Source: a virus (Duplodnaviria; Caudoviricetes). Taken from it: 41,133 bases of DNA. Positions 25,159-35,423 of the stretch are shown here, piece after piece. Below the pieces are notes generated by a model, which saw nothing but the letters and a program-made list of their open reading frames with translations, was not told where the DNA came from and did not search any database. The stretch's first letter is position 1. Each line of letters starts with the position of its first letter. The position numbers were made by a program, and so were the translations under genes. The DNA is taken from positions 1 to 41,133 of IMG/VR virus record IMGVR_UViG_3300020440_000028. One strand, written 5' to 3'.

Positions 25159-26607
25159 ATGAAAAAATATAAATTTAAAACGAAACCCTTCGATCATCAG
25201 ATGAAAGCGCTTCGTGATTCGTGGGACGCAAAGTATTATGCACTGTTTATGGAGATGGGTACAGGAAAATCGAAAGTGGCTATAGATACCATGGGGGCCT
25301 TATATACAGAGGGTAAACTAAACGCAGCACTAATTATATCACCCAAGGGTGTGTATGATAACTGGGTGCAAGGTGAGATACCGACACACCTATCCGATGA
25401 CATACCGATTAATATGGTGCGATGGCAACCCTCCAGTGCGCAGTGGTTCCAAAAACAAATGAAGACATTGGTGTATGAAAAGTTTGAGGGGCTTAAAATA
25501 TTTGTAATGAACACTGAAGCGCTGTCCACGCCTCGTGGTACACAGGCGGCGCATACCTTTCTTGAAACAAATTGTAATAATATTGTGATTGTGGACGAAA
25601 GCACGACTATTAAGAACAGAAGTGCAAACCGTACAAAGAATATATTAGAGATGAAAGGCCTGTCCAAGTATAGGCGTATCCTAACAGGGTCACCCGTGAC
25701 CCGCAGTCCGATGGATTTGTTTAGTCAATGTATGTTTTTGTCCGCTATGGCACTGAACTTTCAGAGTTTTTATGCGTTCCAGAACCGTTACGCTGTGGTG
25801 CAGAAGCGTGTAATGGGACCGCGATCCTTTAATGAAGTGGTAGGATACCGACGATTAGATGAGCTTAACGAAAAGCTTGAAGCGTTTAGTAATCGTGTGT
25901 TGAAAGAAGATTGTCTGGATCTGCCGGATAAAATGTATGTACGCCGTCTTGTTCCGTTATCCGAGGAGCAGAAACGGTCGTACACGGAGATGAAACGTTT
26001 AGCCCTTACCAAGCTTGACAATGGCGAATTAGCCACGACACAGAGCGTTCTGACACAGATTATGCGTCTGCAACAGATATGCTGTGGTCATATACAAGAT
26101 GATGAGGGTAATACAGTGAGTTTTGCAAACGGGCGGTTGAAAGAACTGCTCGATATATGTGAAGAAGTACAGGGAAAAGCTATCATTTGGGCGACATATA
26201 CATATGACATCCAACAGATAGCGAAGGCCCTGCGCGACCGCTTTGGGCCCGAAGCGGTTGCAACCTACTATGGTGAAACCCCACAAGAGGAGCGTCAAGA
26301 GATTGTTGAGCGTTATCAAGACCTTGAAGATCCCCTACGCTTCTTTGTGGGACAACCAAGAACGGGCGGATATGGCATCACCCTGACTGCCGCAAGCACC
26401 GTGATCTATTACAGCAATAGTTATGATCTAGAGATACGCTTGCAATCGGAGGACAGGGCGCATCGTATTGGTCAGACTAATAAGGTAACGTATGTAGATA
26501 TTATAGCCCCAGAGACTATCGATGAAAAGATACTACAGGCCCTGAGAGAAAAGATAAATCTTGCGCAACAAGTGTTGGGTGAAGACGCTAGGTCTTGGCT
26601 TTCTTAG
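25159..26607 (+). CDS. SNF2-family (SF2) helicase
   Basis: MEMGTGKS, VDEST, LTGSP, GGYGITL, QSEDRAHRIGQ; GAGGT SD before MKKYKF. Confidence 0.95.
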   Translation: MKKYKFKTKPFDHQMKALRDSWDAKYYALFMEMGTGKSKVAIDTMGALYTEGKLNAALIISPKGVYDNWVQGEIPTHLSDDIPINMVRWQPSSAQWFQKQMKTLVYEKFEGLKIFVMNTEALSTPRGTQAAHTFLETNCNNIVIVDESTTIKNRSANRTKNILEMKGLSKYRRILTGSPVTRSPMDLFSQCMFLSAMALNFQSFYAFQNRYAVVQKRVMGPRSFNEVVGYRRLDELNEKLEAFSNRVLKEDCLDLPDKMYVRRLVPLSEEQKRSYTEMKRLALTKLDNGELATTQSVLTQIMRLQQICCGHIQDDEGNTVSFANGRLKELLDICEEVQGKAIIWATYTYDIQQIAKALRDRFGPEAVATYYGETPQEERQEIVERYQDLEDPLRFFVGQPRTGGYGITLTAASTVIYYSNSYDLEIRLQSEDRAHRIGQTNKVTYVDIIAPETIDEKILQALREKINLAQQVLGEDARSWLS

Positions 26608-26713
26608 TCTTTAGCACAGAACGTAGTGTTTTGGCTTGTCGTGCGTGCGTCTTAGAGGCTTTTTTCAGACCCTTTGCTACTTTTTTTATTTTATTTCGTA
26701 TTTGCTTAGTCAT
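26588..26713 (-). CDS. 41-aa basic protein (not in ORF track)
   Basis: MTKQIRNKIKKVAKGLKKASKTHARQAKTLRSVLKTKKAKT. Confidence 0.65.
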   Translation of the reverse strand: MTKQIRNKIKKVAKGLKKASKTHARQAKTLRSVLKTKKAKT

Positions 26714-26900
26714 TCTTTTTAGGCCGTCCCCTTTTTCTTTTTATTTTTGGCTCTGATATCTTCTTTGGCCTTCCTCGCGATTTGGGCTTGTCTGTTTTTT
26801 CCTTGAACTTTGGCTCGTTGTTCGAGGACCGTGAGGATTTGGATCTTCCTAGCAAACGGTTTATTAACTCTTTTAACTTTGCGAACAGTTGCTTCGGCAT
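26706..26900 (-). CDS. possible overprinted double AT-hook protein
   Basis: KSRGRPKK and KRGRPKK; stop coupled to next ATG. Confidence 0.45.
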   Translation of the reverse strand: MPKQLFAKLKELINRLLGRSKSSRSSNNEPKFKEKTDKPKSRGRPKKISEPKIKRKRGRPKKND

Positions 26901-27015
26901 CTGCCACAGTGGCGTATTTAATAGAGATGGTGTCTTTTGGGTTTTCATCGGTATATAATCTCCTTCCTGACCCTTTTGGTTTCTTTCCAGTGCCTTTTAG
27001 GGGGTCTTTGCTCAT
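26719..27015 (-). CDS. conserved basic phage protein
   Basis: KDPLKGTGKKPKGSGRRLYTDENPKDT; ATGA overlap with upstream gene. Confidence 0.75.
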   Translation of the reverse strand: MSKDPLKGTGKKPKGSGRRLYTDENPKDTISIKYATVADAEATVRKVKRVNKPFARKIQILTVLEQRAKVQGKNRQAQIARKAKEDIRAKNKKKKGTA

Positions 27016-30000
27016 CCACGTAGGCTTCCTATACCTTCTACAAGAGCGCGGTCCTCTGGAAATGCTGCCGCATAACGGCGTCTGTCTACTTCCTGCGTGT
27101 TTGGAACTGGGTTGAGTGAGGGTGTAATCTGACCAAACATTGCAGGTGGTTGTGCTCTTTTCACGGGTGCGGGTAGAGTTGGTTCTACTTGACTTGTTAC
27201 GTTTGGAGGCTCCTCCTCTGCGATGGTTTCAGGAAATACCAGTTTGTCTTCCTCGTAAACATCGGAGCCGACTTCTTTTCCTAAGTAAGGAGCTCTTCTA
27301 CTTACTTGTTCTACAAATAAACCAGATAACATAGTGGCTAATCTATTCGCCAACCCTTGTGCCTGACTGGCTGTTTGCGCATCCTGTAAAAGAATACCGA
27401 GTTTTTTCTTGTCTTTCATCAAATCTAACATGATTTTAACTTTGGCTTGTTCGGGCATATTAAAAAATAGATTTAACATTTGTTTGGAGCCCTCACTGGC
27501 GGCAACCATACCACCTCCGATTTGAGAACCCGGACCTCCTATGCCTATCTTTGTAAGAAGATTGTTAAAAGTTTGTTGTGCTTTTGCACCAAGGGTAGCA
27601 CCTATCATTCTAGCTTGAAACATTTTTGCACCGCTAGGTTTTTTAAACAATACAGTTTCCAGATCCCCCGTTAAAAAAGCCTCTTCGACGTTAACCATTT
27701 CTTTAAGAGCTTTTTGAATTAAGTTAAGGTGCTCTCTGTCTGCAATATCGTTTTTCAGCATCCATGAAGAAAGTCTGAAACTAGCTTTTGGATCCGCTCC
27801 TTTAACCACACCAAATAAAGCATCTTGCATGGCTCGTGGGTTAAATTTATACCCAGACCCGCCTGCTTTAGTAATCGCGTAACTAAGTATTGAGGAACGT
27901 AAACCAAGTTTAGCTTGTTCTGAAGTAAACGTTTTTCCGTCTGCGTTTTTAAAACTGTCCGCTTTTTCCGTCAATTTTAAAAGACCGTTAATGGAAGCTT
28001 CCGGTTTTTTGCTATTTAAGGCTAAAGTTACAGCACTTGCAGGATTTTCTGTTTGTGATTCAAGAACAGCTTGAAATGCCTTAACCTCATCGGACTCTTT
28101 GAATAGTTTTACATCTCTACCAAAAGAAGTAAAAGTTTCTTGCGCTTTTTTCAAAGTTTTAAGGTCTTCATGCAATTTTGGAAATACTCTAAAAAGAGCC
28201 TGAGCCTCATCTGATTTCATATAGCGTTCATAAGATGCGGGATCAATAACAGGTGCGGTGATCTCAGTTCCATCAGGATCAATCGATACCACTTTATCTT
28301 TGACCATGTTTTTAAAGGTTCTTTTAACTGCATTTTCTAAAGTTTCGTGAATGGTAAATATGTTTTCAACGCCTTTTTGTCCTAAATCTTCATCTAATAC
28401 AAACTTATTGGTAGCCATAATATCTTTTATCCTTAGATACGTAGGGCTGCTACCTCCTGCAAATACTCTGTCCAACAGATTATCCGGTGTTATTTTAGTT
28501 CCACCTCTGACGTTAAAATCTTGAACGTCTCCTAAAAAACTTCTAGTAAAAAAATCATTTTTTGCTTTGGAGTATGCTCTAGCAATATTGTAACCATTAG
28601 CCACTGTAGTTTTAGATCCCACTAAATCTTGTAAAATGGCGGCGGACAAATTTTCTAACCGTAAGCCCATGTGGTCATTGCCTTGTGCTCGTAAAGCTTT
28701 TGCCTTGCTTAACAAAGATGACCTTATATCAAACAAACGACTAGCGTTCATGGGATCTCCTCTAGGAACTCTTCTCCGCGCAGCCTCACTATTGTTGAAG
28801 AGAATACTGCCGTCTATTGTATCCGCTTGCCCAAAAAATTTTATGATATCGTCAAGATCTTCTGTAAAACCTCCTAAAGCTGCCGCTAATTCGGTCTTTG
28901 ATCCTTTTGCTAAAGAAAATACCCCACCTCTATTCATAGGAGTCCTCAGAGCTTCTATTATATTAGGAAATTCAAGTTCCGTGCCCTCTTTGTTAACGAA
29001 ATCTTGAATAATAGTGTTACCCACATTATCCCATAATTGTTTTTCTCTGTTTTTGGTAAGGGTAATTTGTTCATTTAGTAGGTTATACAGCTTAGTAGAG
29101 AGGTCATACTTTGAATCAACTTTTAACTTATCTGCTGCTTTAATTAAATTATTTACTTGAAGCCTTACATTGTTTGAAATGTTGTCGTAAAACAAAGACT
29201 CTGCTAAAAATCCGGCAGCTTGTAGAGCGTCTACATCTCCATTGTTTACAGCGCCTATTATTGTTGCTTTTGCACCTTGGATATACGCCTCTCTGCCTTT
29301 CTTACTGGCAACGGCTAACTCATCACTTGTTCGACCTAATTCTTGCTCTATCCTTGCAAAAACTTTCGCCAATTTTGGTTGTTGTTTTGAGGCAAAAAAA
29401 GCAGACAAAGAAGTAGAATCAAGAACCGCCACATTCTTTTCATCTATCACAGTTCCTGTTTCATCTAAAATACCTTCACCCAACAATTTAATAGCTTGAC
29501 CTAATAAAGCAGGGTTAGCCTCTATTTCAGGAGAGTTCTGAAGAGCTTCAAATAGACGAGTTCCAACCTCCGTCATTCTTTTGCTTTGTATTGTCTCTTC
29601 AATAGTTTGCTGTGCGGGATCACCTGATGCGTACCTTTTAAATAAATCAAAAGCTCCTCTAAAACCCTTGTTAACTCCTGTTAATATAGGTTTTAATGCC
29701 AATGGAGGTAAGCCGCCTCCTGCGACTTCAAACCCTAACCGCCACCAATCACTGCCGGGAAAAACCACTTCTGCACCAAAAGCTCCCCCCGAAGCACCCG
29801 ATATGGCAACACCCTCTGTAATCAAGGTCGCACTTGGGTTCGCACGAGCACCTTTTCCCGCTGCGGCAACACCTCTCTCGAGCCCAGATAAAACACGTAA
29901 ACTTAAAGGACCTTTTCTAGGGTCAGGCTTAATAAACCGACTCAAACCAACATTTTTTTCTGCACGTAAAGCTTTAGTTAGTAAAGAATTAGTCAAGCCT

Positions 30001-30752
30001 TCACTTGCCGCCACAATGTCTAGAGCTCTATCAAAGTCATAATACCCTTTTTTAGCAAGATTGGCATTGCGTCCCATAGATATTTTTTTAAAGTTATCAA
30101 GCACTCTTACCGCCCCAATCGATCCGGTCTTGGTAGGCAGTAACCACGGTGTTCCAAGCATGGAGATACCATACGTTAATGTTTCGGCACTATTAACCAT
30201 CGGCTGAAGAGAAGGTATAACAGGATCTTCTTCGCCTAGTATAAAATCACTTGTTTCCCTACCAAGAAAATCACCTGTCAAAGCTCCTAAAACAGTGCCC
30301 CCTAAAATTACCGCGCCTTTGGCTAAGGGATGGGGTATAGGAATTTTAGCAGCCCCTTTTGCACCTGCCACAGCACCTGCTAACATTCCTGTTCCGGGGG
30401 CCGCGGTGCGTTTTGCTTTTTCTATGAAGGCTAAATAACCGGCCCCGTCCTCACCACCAAAGTCTTCGACATTAGTAAAAAAAGGAAGTATTTGTTCATC
30501 AGTGAGTTTTCTGTCTTCAACGGCTAAATCTTTAAATCCGGGTAAAAAGTTAAATAAAGGCGCTTGCCCATTACGCAATGTTTGATACGAAAATAAACCG
30601 GGAGCCGCGGTTCCTGCCTGCATTTCAACAATAGACGACGTTAGATTACTTATACCTTGTGTTTTTACGCCCTCTTTAAACTTTTCAGGAGTAAATGTGA
30701 AAGGTTCAAAAACAGGTATATCTTCTTTTTTAAACACACTTTCTTCTGCCAT
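27012..30752 (-). CDS. large internal virion / ejection protein
   Basis: 1246 aa, no Cys, Ala/Gly-rich hydrophobic segments; last of four-gene block after tail genes. Confidence 0.7.
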   Translation of the reverse strand: MAEESVFKKEDIPVFEPFTFTPEKFKEGVKTQGISNLTSSIVEMQAGTAAPGLFSYQTLRNGQAPLFNFLPGFKDLAVEDRKLTDEQILPFFTNVEDFGGEDGAGYLAFIEKAKRTAAPGTGMLAGAVAGAKGAAKIPIPHPLAKGAVILGGTVLGALTGDFLGRETSDFILGEEDPVIPSLQPMVNSAETLTYGISMLGTPWLLPTKTGSIGAVRVLDNFKKISMGRNANLAKKGYYDFDRALDIVAASEGLTNSLLTKALRAEKNVGLSRFIKPDPRKGPLSLRVLSGLERGVAAAGKGARANPSATLITEGVAISGASGGAFGAEVVFPGSDWWRLGFEVAGGGLPPLALKPILTGVNKGFRGAFDLFKRYASGDPAQQTIEETIQSKRMTEVGTRLFEALQNSPEIEANPALLGQAIKLLGEGILDETGTVIDEKNVAVLDSTSLSAFFASKQQPKLAKVFARIEQELGRTSDELAVASKKGREAYIQGAKATIIGAVNNGDVDALQAAGFLAESLFYDNISNNVRLQVNNLIKAADKLKVDSKYDLSTKLYNLLNEQITLTKNREKQLWDNVGNTIIQDFVNKEGTELEFPNIIEALRTPMNRGGVFSLAKGSKTELAAALGGFTEDLDDIIKFFGQADTIDGSILFNNSEAARRRVPRGDPMNASRLFDIRSSLLSKAKALRAQGNDHMGLRLENLSAAILQDLVGSKTTVANGYNIARAYSKAKNDFFTRSFLGDVQDFNVRGGTKITPDNLLDRVFAGGSSPTYLRIKDIMATNKFVLDEDLGQKGVENIFTIHETLENAVKRTFKNMVKDKVVSIDPDGTEITAPVIDPASYERYMKSDEAQALFRVFPKLHEDLKTLKKAQETFTSFGRDVKLFKESDEVKAFQAVLESQTENPASAVTLALNSKKPEASINGLLKLTEKADSFKNADGKTFTSEQAKLGLRSSILSYAITKAGGSGYKFNPRAMQDALFGVVKGADPKASFRLSSWMLKNDIADREHLNLIQKALKEMVNVEEAFLTGDLETVLFKKPSGAKMFQARMIGATLGAKAQQTFNNLLTKIGIGGPGSQIGGGMVAASEGSKQMLNLFFNMPEQAKVKIMLDLMKDKKKLGILLQDAQTASQAQGLANRLATMLSGLFVEQVSRRAPYLGKEVGSDVYEEDKLVFPETIAEEEPPNVTSQVEPTLPAPVKRAQPPAMFGQITPSLNPVPNTQEVDRRRYAAAFPEDRALVEGIGSLRG

Positions 30753-30756
30753 TATT

Positions 30757-33700
30757 TTATTCCCTATTTCCTCGCATCCAATCTTTTGCTTTCTTAGTTG
30801 TTTCCGGTGTAACCGCGATTGCGCCTGTCTGTAAAGCTTCTTGATAAATCTTACGCATATTTCTAATCTCAGCAGTCAATAAAACAAGCTTATCTGTAAT
30901 CGCTCTAGCTTTAGTAATTTGACTCATATTGAATTTCTGTCCCGGATCTCCTCCATATTCAGGAATTCTTTGCGCTAAAACTTGAATACTATTCGCTAGT
31001 TTACTTTCAACCGCTAAGAGTTTTGATAGAGCTGTTTCGTCCGTTGTAAACATTCCGGGTGTAAGTTTTCTTGTTTCCTCTGCAAGTTCAAGTTGAACAA
31101 ATTTTAAAATTCTTCCAACCCCCTCATCTTCATTTCCTTTGGTAATTGTTGCCAAAATATCGTTTCTTAGAGAAACGATGACGGACTCTGCTCTACTGAA
31201 ATCTTTTTGACTTTGATTTAAAGGACTACCACCAAGTTCCCTAAACTGCTCTTTAAAAAATACTTTAAGTCTTGGCAAACCGCTCGCCAATCCAGTAGTT
31301 TCAGGATAATTTAAATTCTTATCTACTAAGTTAGTAGGAATCTTATCCCAAGATGGTGAATCTAAATTAACATTACCTTGAACGGGATCAAATAATGAAA
31401 GATTAAATTGTTTAGTGCCGTATTGTAGATCTTGTTGCGGTGCAGGTTGAGTTCTTGTGTCACCACTAACACTTGGTAAATCAGTTTGTCCCGGAAGGTT
31501 TACAGTAGGTAATCCCTTAGCTCTTCTTGCAGAAATGGCTCGTTTAATTGCAGGAGATAACTGCGGTACAGAGCCAACCCTAAACTCTCCTTGAAAAGGC
31601 ACCATAGATGGTTTTGAAATAAAATTAAGTAGCTTCTGTTCAAACTCGGTTGTTTCTTGTTCTCCTAAGCTACCATCAGCATAGGCATCTAAACGTTCTT
31701 TGTTACTTATGTACTTTATACTTGCTGTTTCTGGTCTAGACCCTAACAACTCTTCATCGTCTCCGGGAACTTTTGCTACACCGGCTTTTATAGCGCCCAA
31801 TTCAATAGCTTCTTTATACGTATCTGTGCCGGGTTTAAGAGCTTTTACTGTGCCGTCTGGAAATAGAAGATTTACTTCCCCTTGGACGGTAGGCGCTTTG
31901 TATGGAATCAAAGCATCGGGCTCAAGTTTATCTACATCTGCCGCTTTTAAGTTGACAATAGTGTTTTTTGCGTAATTTTTTCCGTCAATTTCTAAAGCAC
32001 GAGCTGTTAAAAACGGAGAAGTGCTTCCGACCGTAGGAGGTGAGTAAGGCACAATTTTACCAAAAGGTATACCAGAAGCCTGACTTGCCGTTAAATTGAC
32101 AACGGTATCTTTAGAAACTTTTTCTCCGTCTATCTCTACCTCTTCCTTAACAATATAGGCCGTAAGTGTTTCACTTTCTGCTTTATAAGGTTTAATACTA
32201 TCAACCGGAAGGTTATTTACTTGCGTAGGATTTAAATTAACTATTGTATTTGCAGGTAATTTCTTTCCGTCAAGAGTAATTTCTTTCAGTGTTGTATATG
32301 GTTTTTGAGATAATCCCTCGCCTGCTCTGAATGGAATTAATATTCCTTGGGCTATGTTGGATACTTGATCTGTACTTAAATTTACGACTGTATCTTTTGG
32401 GATAGTGTTTCCGTCAAGAACAAAGTCTTTAGTAGCAGTATAAGCTTTTAAGCTCGACTCTGAAGGAGCCTTATAAGGCACTAAATCCCCAAAATTAGTG
32501 TTTCCTACTTGGGTCGGATTTAAGTTTACAACAGTATTTTTAGGAATCGTCGTTCCATCAATCGTAATCTCTTTAGTTGTTTTATAGGCCTTTTGAGCCT
32601 TTGCTGTGGTCTTACTTTTTATTGACGCTAATCTTTCTGCGGCTGCCTCTGCTTTTTCCGCCGCAAGCTTAGTTTCGGCAGACTGTAGTGCTGCTAATTC
32701 TATAGCTCTTTCCTCTTTTGCAGCTTCTTTATCAAGTTGTAGTTGCGCCTGTGCTCTTGCCCCAATCTTTTCTGGTAGTTGCGTGGACCGTGCTGCCATA
32801 GCCAATCTCTCCGCAGGACTTAAACCGGGGCGCTCTCCTTCCATCGGAGCTGCAAACGCCAAAGCAGTAGTGGCAATGTCAAACAACATCTGCGCTTTTG
32901 TCATACGTTTTTGTTGCTCGGCCATTGCTTGTCGATCAGCAACGTCACCAAGACCGACTTTTCTATACAACTCCAGATCATTAGCAAATAATTCTTGTAA
33001 TCTAGTTTTACCCGTACCCGGATTTTTGCTTTCTGCGTTTAAAGCATTATTAACCTTATTTTCAGCATCCTCATCGCCAGAGGACCCTAATAAACCCGTC
33101 ACACGAAGAAGGTTTACTGGAGATTCGCCTGTAGGTATGTAAGGAAACGCCGGATTAAACGAGAATTGGTTTCCGCCTCCTGCAACTCTATTCATGTTTG
33201 GAGGAGCGAAGTATTCTACAGGGCGGACTTCACCGCCTTTGTTAAAATTTACGGGAGCGGTCCCGCCGGCCTCCATCATTGGTGGTTCAGGAACCGTGGA
33301 CATTATGCCCCCGGCCATCGGCCCCTCCATGGGTTGCGTCATCTCTTGCTGTGCAAGCTGACCAATACCTTGATCAACATTCGCTAACATCATAACGGGC
33401 TGTACTAAGGTCAACACGGACTCTGGGGTCTGGTTTGCGTCACCGGATCCGACAACTCCGGCTAGTTCTTCGCGTCTTTCTTCTACTGTTGCCTGATCAC
33501 CACGCATTGTATTCATTACCTGTTCGTAGTTTTGTGCCTGATCTAAATCACCTATACCACCGGCAGCCTGTGCTAATGCGCTCTGCACTATGTTTGGATC
33601 AAGTTGATCTCCCATGGGCATAGGGGGCTGTTCTGGTGCAGGCATGGGCATAGGGGGCGCAGTCATCGGATCGCCGCCCATCTGCATACCCTTTACACCT

Positions 33701-34485
33701 TGCGCACCTATCTCTAAAATTTCTCTCGCCGCATCAACTCCCGGAGATAACATTCTAACAACATTCATTTGAAAATCTCTTGGGGCATTAACAAAATCAT
33801 CTAGAGTCATGTTAGTGTTTTTTAGATATTGATTAAACTCCATTAGGCCTTCTTGTTTGCGTCTTTCTTTCATAACATTATTTAAGGTGGCATCTGGAGT
33901 AGGGTATCGACCTTCTTGGTAATTTACTGAGGGTAGTTCAGAAGCAGCTTCTTTTGATGGACGGACATAGCCCATATCTACCATCATCCCCTCTCCTAAA
34001 GGCGGCCCACCTGCTTCCATACCAACAGGGCCGCCATACTCTTTCTCTATTACTCCACGCCCTATAAGTATATCTTTTTGTGTTATCTTGCCGTCACCGC
34101 TCAGATCAGGAAACGCTGCGCCTCCCTCTTTATATGCTTGCACGGGCCTGCCCACATCAAACATCGGACGTTGGCCCACAGAGCCAAGATCCACTCCAAA
34201 TCGTTGATTTGCCATATCGCCTACCTCTCCTATAAATTCATCTACCTCGCCTTGGTTTTCTTCAGCTAACTCTTGGTTTATAAATTGACCGAGTCTGTTT
34301 AAGGGACCAATGCGTCCTGCTTGTAACATACCTATGCCACCCATATCCAAGCCGGGGCGCATCGGAGGTCTTCTTTCTTCTTCAATCATTGGAACAGGCT
34401 CAGAAACAACTTCTGGCCGTAACCTCTCTTTTATTAACGGAGGCAAAGTTCCGCCCAAAAAAGGAAAAATAGGAGGCACACTCAT
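30757..34485 (-). CDS. large internal virion / ejection protein with tandem repeats
   Basis: 1242 aa, no Cys, Met/Pro/Gly-rich N-terminus, five ~48-aa repeats. Confidence 0.7.
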   Translation of the reverse strand: MSVPPIFPFLGGTLPPLIKERLRPEVVSEPVPMIEEERRPPMRPGLDMGGIGMLQAGRIGPLNRLGQFINQELAEENQGEVDEFIGEVGDMANQRFGVDLGSVGQRPMFDVGRPVQAYKEGGAAFPDLSGDGKITQKDILIGRGVIEKEYGGPVGMEAGGPPLGEGMMVDMGYVRPSKEAASELPSVNYQEGRYPTPDATLNNVMKERRKQEGLMEFNQYLKNTNMTLDDFVNAPRDFQMNVVRMLSPGVDAAREILEIGAQGVKGMQMGGDPMTAPPMPMPAPEQPPMPMGDQLDPNIVQSALAQAAGGIGDLDQAQNYEQVMNTMRGDQATVEERREELAGVVGSGDANQTPESVLTLVQPVMMLANVDQGIGQLAQQEMTQPMEGPMAGGIMSTVPEPPMMEAGGTAPVNFNKGGEVRPVEYFAPPNMNRVAGGGNQFSFNPAFPYIPTGESPVNLLRVTGLLGSSGDEDAENKVNNALNAESKNPGTGKTRLQELFANDLELYRKVGLGDVADRQAMAEQQKRMTKAQMLFDIATTALAFAAPMEGERPGLSPAERLAMAARSTQLPEKIGARAQAQLQLDKEAAKEERAIELAALQSAETKLAAEKAEAAAERLASIKSKTTAKAQKAYKTTKEITIDGTTIPKNTVVNLNPTQVGNTNFGDLVPYKAPSESSLKAYTATKDFVLDGNTIPKDTVVNLSTDQVSNIAQGILIPFRAGEGLSQKPYTTLKEITLDGKKLPANTIVNLNPTQVNNLPVDSIKPYKAESETLTAYIVKEEVEIDGEKVSKDTVVNLTASQASGIPFGKIVPYSPPTVGSTSPFLTARALEIDGKNYAKNTIVNLKAADVDKLEPDALIPYKAPTVQGEVNLLFPDGTVKALKPGTDTYKEAIELGAIKAGVAKVPGDDEELLGSRPETASIKYISNKERLDAYADGSLGEQETTEFEQKLLNFISKPSMVPFQGEFRVGSVPQLSPAIKRAISARRAKGLPTVNLPGQTDLPSVSGDTRTQPAPQQDLQYGTKQFNLSLFDPVQGNVNLDSPSWDKIPTNLVDKNLNYPETTGLASGLPRLKVFFKEQFRELGGSPLNQSQKDFSRAESVIVSLRNDILATITKGNEDEGVGRILKFVQLELAEETRKLTPGMFTTDETALSKLLAVESKLANSIQVLAQRIPEYGGDPGQKFNMSQITKARAITDKLVLLTAEIRNMRKIYQEALQTGAIAVTPETTKKAKDWMRGNRE

Positions 34486-35423
34486 TAAAATAACCCCGCC
34501 TGTTTAGCACCACCGTAAGCGGATAGACCGGCTACACCCAAACCAAATAACTGTTGCGCCGGAGACACATCAGGTCGCTGTACCTGTGATATTGTCATCT
34601 GTGAGGTTGGAGCTCCTCTGTATATATCAGACAAGAAACCAAGACGTTGATAAGGCTCATAAAGCTGCGCCATATCGCTCTTACGTTTTGCTTCCAACTC
34701 CGCCTGTTGCTGCAACTGCTGCTGTTTACCAAGCTGAAACTGTGTTTGTATGTCTCTTAACGCACTTTGTTGTGCCAACTCACCAATTCCGGCTCTTTGT
34801 ACCCCAAGCTGTCCAAGAGTGCTTGCGCCCTGTAACCCTAATGCTCCAATACCCTGTGCGGCTTGTAACTGTCTTGCTCTCTCACGCTCTGCGGCCTGCT
34901 GTGCCTGCAAAAAGTTTTGTGCTTGCGCTTGAGCTAAGGCCTGTGCTCTGTTTCTACCTATTTCTGTCTGCTGTATGCCTGCTCGACTGCCCCCAAACGC
35001 ACCGGCTTGCGCGGCCCGTAGTCCCGCTTGCGCGGATTGTGTGTCAAAAGATCGGTTTATCTCATCAAAAACAGCTTGTTGGTAAGGGTTCATGTACTGA
35101 GACATTTGATCGCTCGTTACACCACTGGCCCCTGTTCTATACATGGTGCCGGCATCACCCACCGCACTTGTCACCATTCCCGGTGCTTGGTCCATGGTTG
35201 TTTTTGCGCCTTGTAAAAACTGTTGATAGCCGCCAATTCCACCGCTTGCCGGTGACGCGGCTGATATTGCGGTGTCCTGTAGGCCTGACATACCCGCAAC
35301 AACCTGTTTAGGTACAGTTATTCTTTGATCTGCTAGTTTTTTAGCGCTTTCAAGTAGCCCCAGTTTATAGGCTTCTACCTCGGGTGCTTCACGTTGTATG
35401 ACCTGTTGTGTTTCTACTGCCAT
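34485..35423 (-). CDS. pilot/ejection protein
   Basis: Gln/Ala-rich, YMNPYQQAV, AGAFGGSR. Confidence 0.75.
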   Translation of the reverse strand: MAVETQQVIQREAPEVEAYKLGLLESAKKLADQRITVPKQVVAGMSGLQDTAISAASPASGGIGGYQQFLQGAKTTMDQAPGMVTSAVGDAGTMYRTGASGVTSDQMSQYMNPYQQAVFDEINRSFDTQSAQAGLRAAQAGAFGGSRAGIQQTEIGRNRAQALAQAQAQNFLQAQQAAERERARQLQAAQGIGALGLQGASTLGQLGVQRAGIGELAQQSALRDIQTQFQLGKQQQLQQQAELEAKRKSDMAQLYEPYQRLGFLSDIYRGAPTSQMTISQVQRPDVSPAQQLFGLGVAGLSAYGGAKQAGLF

